Positions 57,898-64,000 of a DNA stretch of 64,000 nt are shown piece by piece. The stretch is taken from assembly GCA_030065775.1 (NCBI GenBank), contig JASJDL010000001.1, forward strand, positions 687 to 64,686. Direction: 5' to 3'. The notes under the pieces were generated by a model. That model saw only the letters and a list, made by a program, of their open reading frames with translations, was not told the origin of the DNA and made no database searches. The DNA is from Flavobacteriaceae bacterium. GTDB lineage: Bacteria > Bacteroidota > Bacteroidia > Flavobacteriales > Flavobacteriaceae. How positions within the stretch are numbered: the first letter of the stretch is position 1; each line of letters begins with the position of its first letter. The position numbers and the translations under genes were made by a program.

Positions 57898-57914
57898 GTC
57901 GAGAAATTTAAGCG

Positions 57915-58466
57915 TTAATCCAGTTTTATGGGTTGATTTTGATTACTATGCGCCTTCCAACGTTCATCCTCGTAAATAGACGTATAGATGACTTCAACCG
58001 GGAATGGTGAGCTGTCCTCTGAAGTAATATCTAAATAGTTGTAAACACTATCCAAATTTTTGACGGGAAGTTTGTAAGTAAAGATGGGTTTTTCTTCACC
58101 TGGCATGAGGGTACTTCCTTGGCTTAAGGTAGCGTGCTGAGACAAATACCCAAACTCAAGGAGCTTTGGAAGCTGGGATTGGAGCAATTTTTCTACATCA
58201 AGAGGATAGGATTTGCTTTTATAGATAAAACGAATAGAATCAATAATTGCCGGACCTAAACCCCTATTTTCAATAACTTCTTCCATCACAATTAGCGAGT
58301 CATTACCACTGAAATTAGTGCTAAAATCAAGTCGAGGTTTTACCGATAGCTTGCTCTGTCGCCGCATAATATTGGTTTGGTAAATAAAAATAATCAAGGT
58401 CAATAAACTAATAAGCATGGCAGAAATGCCCAAGATTCTATCGGTTGCTATTTTTTTGAATTTCAT
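57915..58466 (-). CDS. Hypothetical protein with N-terminal TM helix
   Basis: TM SAMLISLL..IFIYQ, SVKP.L and N.GLGPAII pattern; ATG at 58466. Confidence 0.7.
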   Translation of the reverse strand: MKFKKIATDRILGISAMLISLLTLIIFIYQTNIMRRQSKLSVKPRLDFSTNFSGNDSLIVMEEVIENRGLGPAIIDSIRFIYKSKSYPLDVEKLLQSQLPKLLEFGYLSQHATLSQGSTLMPGEEKPIFTYKLPVKNLDSVYNYLDITSEDSSPFPVEVIYTSIYEDERWKAHSNQNQPIKLD

Positions 58467-58799
58467 GAAATGGAATGGATTGGTTGTTTTGACTATATGT
58501 AGGATTATCAATAAAAATGTTACAAATCATTAATTTTCATAAAGTTATAAAATTTGAATTTATCGTTTCAGGAAATATTTTGCTTCTCAGAACGTTAAAG
58601 TAATAAAGGGTGTATTATGAATTGCTATAAGTGTAATTTTACGTTGGAAAGAATACGGCGTAAAAAATATCAGAAACTATTGTTTCCAAGCAGCAAAAGA
58701 TTTAAGTGTTATAGCTGCAACAAAACGCATTTAAAATTCGGCTTACTGGACAGCCTATTAAATCTATTTAGATTAGGCTTTAAGTAAAGAGAGACATTT

Positions 58800-59261
58800 T
58801 CAAGAGTAAATCACATCAAACTTGTAGATCGGATTTTCATTTTCGTATTCGAAGATCCTGGAGTAATCCATGACATTTGCAATACTATCTAGTTCACATA
58901 AAAAGGCCACAACGGCAGATAAACCCTTAAATAAGACTTCTTTGTCTCTTGGATTGCGAGGTTTCGGATTGTAATGACACAATGGTGTTATAAACCCACA
59001 AGCCTCCAAGAATACTTTTTCTATCTGTAGTAATTCCAAAGGTGAATACCCGTTGAAGGTTCTGCCCAATTGCTGGTGGATTCTACCAACATAACTTAGC
59101 TCAAGAGAACCATGTTGATCTGATAAATGTTTCCAACTGTCATGATTATCCAGAATATTACCAACAGCGCATGCTGAGCAACATTCAGGATTCAACTCAT
59201 CATTATGAAAAGCATCATAGAGTTTAATTAAAGCTTGTTCTAATCGTTGTGGAATAATCAT
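58800..59261 (-). CDS. Conserved hypothetical Cys-rich protein next to nqr
   Basis: RLEQAL.KLY.AFH...L.PECC.ACAVGNI; ATG at 59261. Confidence 0.75.
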   Translation of the reverse strand: MIIPQRLEQALIKLYDAFHNDELNPECCSACAVGNILDNHDSWKHLSDQHGSLELSYVGRIHQQLGRTFNGYSPLELLQIEKVFLEACGFITPLCHYNPKPRNPRDKEVLFKGLSAVVAFLCELDSIANVMDYSRIFEYENENPIYKFDVIYS

Positions 59262-59419
59262 TACAATCAATTCTTTTGCTTAAATATATAACAAAAATTT
59301 TGTTATCAATATTGTCATAGCGTAAAGAATTAACAGTTTTATTAAAAAAACGAACTATCAAATGGTATTGCACAATACATTTTACTTTTTTTAGTTCTAA
59401 TAACATGTTTAAAAAGATA

Positions 59420-59788
59420 ATGACCCCACTTACCGAGCAGGAACTTCACAATTTGGCCATGAATATTGCAGGTAAGAAACTTCAACAAATGGGTTATGAA
59501 TTTATAGCAGTAAACAGTAAAATCAAAAAACATCCTCAGTTTGTAATATTTAAGAAAGGTGAACCTACCATTTTTGTATTGGTAAAGGCAACCGATAATA
59601 TTCAAAATCCTTATGAATACGATAAAGTTTGGATGGAAACCTTTGTACAACACGCCAAAAGGCAAGGTGCCAGCGTTTGGTTTGCCGGTGTAGGCATTGC
59701 CAATGCCGAAAGTGTGGAAATGCCTGTTTTTAAAGACCACCCCTACTATGTTGCATTTGACGACTTTCTAAAAATATATGAACTCTGA
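59420..59788 (+). CDS. Conserved hypothetical protein next to nqr (YraN/PD-(D/E)xK-like pattern)
   Basis: LHNLAMN..G..L...GYEF.AVNS..K..PQFV........FVLVK. Confidence 0.75.
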   Translation: MTPLTEQELHNLAMNIAGKKLQQMGYEFIAVNSKIKKHPQFVIFKKGEPTIFVLVKATDNIQNPYEYDKVWMETFVQHAKRQGASVWFAGVGIANAESVEMPVFKDHPYYVAFDDFLKIYEL

Positions 59789-59938
59789 AGGAACAATTTA
59801 AGTGCTGGATGCAGCTGTTCTAACTTGGTAATCTTCTAGTTACCATCACTTTTCATAAAAAGAAAACACAAAAACATTTTTAAATTCGCTGCGAAATTTA
59901 TAAATTGGTCAATAACTAAAATTTAAACAATTATCACT

Positions 59939-60265
59939 ATGGGGAAATTTGAAGTTTACAAAGATAAAGGCGGTAAACATAGATTCAGACTAAAGGCCGG
60001 TAATGGTCAAATTATTTTAGCGAGCCAAGGTTATGCATCAAAGTCTAGCTGCGAAAACGGAATCGAATCAGTAAAAAAGAATTGTAAGGATGACGACTGT
60101 TTCGAAAGATTAAAATCATCAAAGGGTGAACCTTACTTCAACCTAAAATCAACAAACGGACAAGTTATCGGTTCTAGTGAGAGATATTCATCGACTTCAG
60201 CTATGGAAAATGGTATTGCCTCGGTAAGAAAGAATGCACCGGGTGCCAAAGTGGTTGAAGTTTAA
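59939..60265 (+). CDS. YegP (DUF1508 x2) family protein
   Basis: Two repeats of F.LK..NGQ.I..S..Y.S....ENGI.SV.KN. Confidence 0.93.
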   Translation: MGKFEVYKDKGGKHRFRLKAGNGQIILASQGYASKSSCENGIESVKKNCKDDDCFERLKSSKGEPYFNLKSTNGQVIGSSERYSSTSAMENGIASVRKNAPGAKVVEV

Positions 60266-60290
60266 ATACTTTAATTGAGGATTTAAAAAT

Positions 60291-60318
60291 AAAAAAACCG
60301 CTCTTGAGCGGTTTTTTT
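60291..60318. terminator. Bidirectional terminator
   Basis: AAAAAAACCGCTC-TT-GAGCGGTTTTTTT. Confidence 0.9.
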
Positions 60319-60350
60319 ATTTTTAACTGATTTGGCACACAGTTTATGAA

Positions 60351-61217
60351 CTAATTTCCAGTAGAAGAAGATTCAGGTTTTTGCTCCAAAATATCAAAGA
60401 ATTCATCTAATTTCGGTAAGATCACAAAACGGGTTCTTCTGTTACGCGAACGTCCATCTGCGGTGTCATTGGTAGCTAGAGGTAAATATTCACTTCTACC
60501 TGCAGCAATCAATCGTTTAGGATCTATGCTAAAATCGTTTTGCAAAACTCTGATCACGGCGGTAGCACGTTGTGTGCTTAGGTCCCAATTATCGAGCGTT
60601 CTGGCATTTTTAATCGGTACATTATCAGTATAGCCCTCCACCATAACTTCCATATTGGGCTTTTCTTTAATAACGGTAGCAACTTTGGCTAACAATCCCT
60701 TAGCTTTCGAAGTAATATTGGAACTTCCACTTTTGAATAGGAGCTTGTCTGAAATAGTAATGTAAACAACTGTCTTTTCTACATCAACGATAATGTCTTC
60801 GTCTTGAATCCCGTCTGCTAAAGCACTCTTCAAGTTTACAGCGAGAGCTAAGTTAATAGAGTCTTTGCGAGACATGGCGCCACGAATACCATTAATGTAT
60901 TTGTCTTTCTCACTCAATTGGGCAATCACATCTTTAATATTACTGCTGGCAGATTGCGATAACATGGTCAAATTTTCTATCTGCCTGATGTTTTGAGCAT
61001 TATTATCTGATAAAAATTTGTTTTGAGATTCTAAAGCAGCAACCTGGTTGGCTAATTTGTCTTTTTCTACCTGGCATTCTAATACCTTGGCATTGGCATC
61101 TGTTAGTTGTTGCTTGGTTGCATCGTAATCACTTTGCAATTCGGCAAATTTCTTTTGAGAAACGCACGATGAAAGTAAAATTGCCGAAGCAATGGCAAGC
61201 ATAAAAATTTTCTTCAT
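60351..61217 (-). CDS. OmpA/MotB-domain lipoprotein with coiled coil
   Basis: Lipobox LSSC, LLFKSGS, VEGYTDN, NWDLS..RA..V, RNRR. Confidence 0.9.
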   Translation of the reverse strand: MKKIFMLAIASAILLSSCVSQKKFAELQSDYDATKQQLTDANAKVLECQVEKDKLANQVAALESQNKFLSDNNAQNIRQIENLTMLSQSASSNIKDVIAQLSEKDKYINGIRGAMSRKDSINLALAVNLKSALADGIQDEDIIVDVEKTVVYITISDKLLFKSGSSNITSKAKGLLAKVATVIKEKPNMEVMVEGYTDNVPIKNARTLDNWDLSTQRATAVIRVLQNDFSIDPKRLIAAGRSEYLPLATNDTADGRSRNRRTRFVILPKLDEFFDILEQKPESSSTGN

Positions 61218-61351
61218 GATGAACTGGTTATTTAATTTTGATACTAAGTTATTAAAATATCCTTAGTAATAAATTAAAGGTTTGTATTTAATATCTTTTT
61301 AACACTTAGCGTGTATCTTTGGCAAGATTAACAATAGAATCTAAAGCAAAT

Positions 61352-62341
61352 ATGAAGTTGAAAGCAGTTACTCTTTTTTTTGTTTGTCTAGTACTCTTCT
61401 TTTCCTGTGAAAAGAATGAAGATAAAGAATTTAAGAAGTTAGGAGGTTATGCCTTTGGAACCAACTTCCAAATAACTTATCAAGACGATCGTGATTTTAC
61501 CAAAGAAATCGATAGCTTATTTCAAGTGGTGAATAAGTCCTTATCTACATATTTGCCTGATTCAGATATTTCTAAGATTAATAATGGTGATACTACGATA
61601 GTTGTGGATGCGCTTTTCGCGGAAGTTTATGCAAAGTCATTAAAGGTCTATAAAGAAACAGAAGGTATTTTTGACCCCACTATCGGAATTTTAGTCAATG
61701 CCTGGGGATTTGGCCCCGAGAAGGCTATATCTAAACCTGATTCCGCGAGAATTAGGGAATTATTATTGTTGGTGGGATTTGACAAAGTGCATTTAAGAGA
61801 TGGCAGAATAAAAAAGGATAATGATAGTATATATTTCGATTTTAATGCCATTGCCAAAGGTTACGCGGTTGACGTAGCAGGACGCTTTTTAGAAGCTGAA
61901 AATGTAGCCAATTATTTGGTAGAAATAGGTGGTGAAATACGAACCAGGGGTGTAAAAAAGAACGGCTCGGCATGGAAAGCCGGTATAGAAGATCCTAATT
62001 TTGACGGAACACGATCGATTCAAAAAATAGTTGAATTAAAAGATGAAGCTATGGCGACCTCTGGCAGTTACAGAAAGTTCAAAGTAGATTCACTTACCGG
62101 ACAGAAATACGTACATATTTTAGATGCCAAAACCGGCTATTCAACTCAAAGTAGTTTATTGAGTGTTTCGGTCATCGGTAAAACAGATTGCGCCGACGTT
62201 GATGGCTATGCCACGGCTTTAATGGCCATGCCCTTAGAAAAAGCAAAACAGTTCTTGAAAAATCATCAAGAACTGCGTGCGTATTTAATTTTTAGTGATC
62301 CGAAAGGCAATTTACAAAGCTATGCGACTGAAAATTTTTAA
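61352..62341 (+). CDS. apbE: FAD:protein FMN transferase
   Basis: Lipobox FSC, FDPTIG, D.NAIAKGY.VD, EIGGE, MATSG.Y, HI.D..TG, D..ATA; close to nqr. Confidence 0.93.
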   Translation: MKLKAVTLFFVCLVLFFSCEKNEDKEFKKLGGYAFGTNFQITYQDDRDFTKEIDSLFQVVNKSLSTYLPDSDISKINNGDTTIVVDALFAEVYAKSLKVYKETEGIFDPTIGILVNAWGFGPEKAISKPDSARIRELLLLVGFDKVHLRDGRIKKDNDSIYFDFNAIAKGYAVDVAGRFLEAENVANYLVEIGGEIRTRGVKKNGSAWKAGIEDPNFDGTRSIQKIVELKDEAMATSGSYRKFKVDSLTGQKYVHILDAKTGYSTQSSLLSVSVIGKTDCADVDGYATALMAMPLEKAKQFLKNHQELRAYLIFSDPKGNLQSYATENF

Positions 62342-63309
62342 AGTTGTAAGGTTTTTAATATAGCCTCCAGCTCAAACATATAGTCACGTTTATTAATATT
62401 TGGTGCATATGTAAATCCTTCTACGATGAGCATACGGTCATTTTTTTCATCGATTACTGAATAATTTAAGAAAGGTCCAGCCATATAATCACCTTTGACT
62501 TCCCATTTTCCTCGAACCTCAAAGGCGTCCTTACCTTTGAATTTAGTGCTTTTGATATGTGGTGAATATGCGGCCTCTGTGATCATATGAGAACCTTCAG
62601 GTCCGCCGGGAATAAATCGCTTACCAATAGTATCACGCGTGGCAACAATGTTGTTGCCCATAATGTCATTTTCATTATTAATGGGTGTTGCATACACCAG
62701 AATATTTTTGCTGACATCATTGAGTGTTTCATTACGCAACCATAAGAATTCACCATTATCGGTCACCAGACGATAATCCTTAGGAATTTTCATCGAAATA
62801 TTGAGCGCCTTCAGTGTTTTTATGGCATCACTGTCCAAATGCTTTTTAGTCAATTTTTTTTGAAAAAATTTAAGGTCGCCATCTTTAAAAACCGAAACAA
62901 TTTCTTCTTTATGCTTATTGATGAGTTTGATAAGAGATGCTTCGTCTTTGCCTAAAATAGTCATCGCAATTTGTGGATCGGCATATAAATTAGAATTTAC
63001 ACTAAAATTGTCTTGCGTGTCAACGCCCACAAATAGTAAGTTTCTATTTGCCTTAAATAGCCGTGTAAAGGTACTTGGAGTCACCTGGTGTACAGAGAAT
63101 TGGTTTTCTTCTTGGGGAAGACCTAAAACTGGTGAGGCTATTATATCGCGTAAAGCGTCTCCTGCTTTACCTTGCCATTCAGTATTGTTCATGACGATTA
63201 GTACATGGTTCATACTACCTGTAGACTGCCGTAAAGTTAATTTGCCATTGTTGTTACCGCATGAACTGGCGACTATAACAGTAAGTGCCAATAGGAATAA
63301 TTTTTTCAT
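62338..63309 (-). CDS. DUF4837 family lipoprotein
   Basis: Lipobox SSC, GLPQ.E..F, RG.WE...DYM.GPF, EGF.YAP...KR....ELEAI. Confidence 0.85.
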   Translation of the reverse strand: MKKLFLLALTVIVASSCGNNNGKLTLRQSTGSMNHVLIVMNNTEWQGKAGDALRDIIASPVLGLPQEENQFSVHQVTPSTFTRLFKANRNLLFVGVDTQDNFSVNSNLYADPQIAMTILGKDEASLIKLINKHKEEIVSVFKDGDLKFFQKKLTKKHLDSDAIKTLKALNISMKIPKDYRLVTDNGEFLWLRNETLNDVSKNILVYATPINNENDIMGNNIVATRDTIGKRFIPGGPEGSHMITEAAYSPHIKSTKFKGKDAFEVRGKWEVKGDYMAGPFLNYSVIDEKNDRMLIVEGFTYAPNINKRDYMFELEAILKTLQL

Positions 63310-63346
63310 TGATGTGAGTTATTTATGATAACAAACTCAAAAAATA

Positions 63347-64000
63347 TTATCCTTTATAGATTTTAAGTTTGGTACCTGGTTTCAGGCTTTTTACACTCCA
63401 AATATTGTTCCATTTTTTGATTTGACTAACAGAAACTTTAGGAAATTTTTTAGAGATCAACCATAAAGAGTCTCCTTTTTTCACCACATAGGTGGTATAT
63501 TTTCCTTTTGGAGCGCTATTAGAAGCAACATTCTTTGAACTTGATTTCTTTTTAGGCGCAGCTGCATATCGCTTTGGATAAATGGTCAAACGCTGCCCAA
63601 TGCGTAAACGGCTGCTGCGTAAGCCATTCCAACGTTTTAATTGTGAAACGGTAACTCCGTAGCGCTGCGCAATCTTACCTAGGTAATCTCCATTTCTTAC
63701 ACGATAGCGAATTCGCTGATTAGGTTCAAAATATTTTGGTAATGGTTTTTCGCGTTTAGCATCATCCGCTTTAGCGAAAGCATAAATTTGTGCTTCGTTA
63801 GATACAAACTTACCCAGCAAGTCTTTGGGCAATCTCAAAGTATAATTTTTGCCCTTCACATGGGGTATAATGTTCAGTTTGTATTGTGGATTCAAGAATT
63901 CCAACAATTCATCATCAGTATTTAAAACTTTATTGATCTGCTCAAAAGTTAGTTGTCTTTTTATATGAATCGTATCAGTCTCAAAAGTACTGATGTAGGT
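63347..64000 (-). CDS. C-terminal part of a LysM-repeat lytic transglycosylase (MltD-like), truncated by the window end
   Basis: Two LysM domains (YRVRNGDYLGKIA, YVVKKGDSLWLIS); the frame continues to the window edge. Confidence 0.85.
   Translation of the reverse strand, partial: TYISTFETDTIHIKRQLTFEQINKVLNTDDELLEFLNPQYKLNIIPHVKGKNYTLRLPKDLLGKFVSNEAQIYAFAKADDAKREKPLPKYFEPNQRIRYRVRNGDYLGKIAQRYGVTVSQLKRWNGLRSSRLRIGQRLTIYPKRYAAAPKKKSSSKNVASNSAPKGKYTTYVVKKGDSLWLISKKFPKVSVSQIKKWNNIWSVKSLKPGTKLKIYKG

Noticed and set aside
60351-61217. Flagellar motor protein MotB
   Set aside because: It is a lipoprotein with no motA or flagellar genes nearby; a generic OmpA-like peptidoglycan-binding protein
527-63328. 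Numerous 60-150 aa antisense or off-frame ORFs nested in long genes (e.g. 37259-37678, 47001-47438, 53521-53982, 62918-63328)
   Set aside because: Shadow ORFs opposite well-supported genes, with no recognisable motifs

Overview
AT-rich chromosomal window from a Bacteroidota bacterium, most likely a marine Flavobacteriaceae member. This is inferred from TAnnTTTG -7 promoters, the absence of Shine-Dalgarno sites, nqrA-F, a T9SS-plug-like gene and the ruvC-hemW-cyclase synteny. Both flanks are ordinary core genome: ruvC, hemW, an M20 dipeptidase and tRNA-Leu(TAG) on the left; aspC-like, rsmG, pruA, apaG, nqrABCDEF, apbE and a LysM protein on the right. The main point of interest is a 17 kb minus-strand sulfur-metabolism island at about 16.9-34.1 kb. 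It holds a Cys-rich Crp/Fnr regulator, a two-gene Psr/Soe-type molybdoenzyme (4x[4Fe-4S] ferredoxin fused to an NrfD anchor, plus a catalytic subunit with no Tat signal, predicted to face the cytoplasm), two SulP transporters, two tandem persulfide dioxygenase-rhodanese fusions, a SAM methyltransferase, a FadL-type channel, DUF2892, a type II SQR and a YeeE/YedE pair. Seven promoters in the island carry the same GTAAC-N4-GTTAC palindrome, 30-31 nt from the 3' G of the -7 element. This fits the NtcA-like RVxxxR recognition helix of the resident Crp protein. Two further promoters carry a TGAT-N4-ATCA (FNR-like) box at the same offset. A divergent SulP-USP-SulP-carbonic anhydrase module follows. 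No integrase, transposase or CRISPR array was seen. All functional calls come from motif recognition, not database searches.
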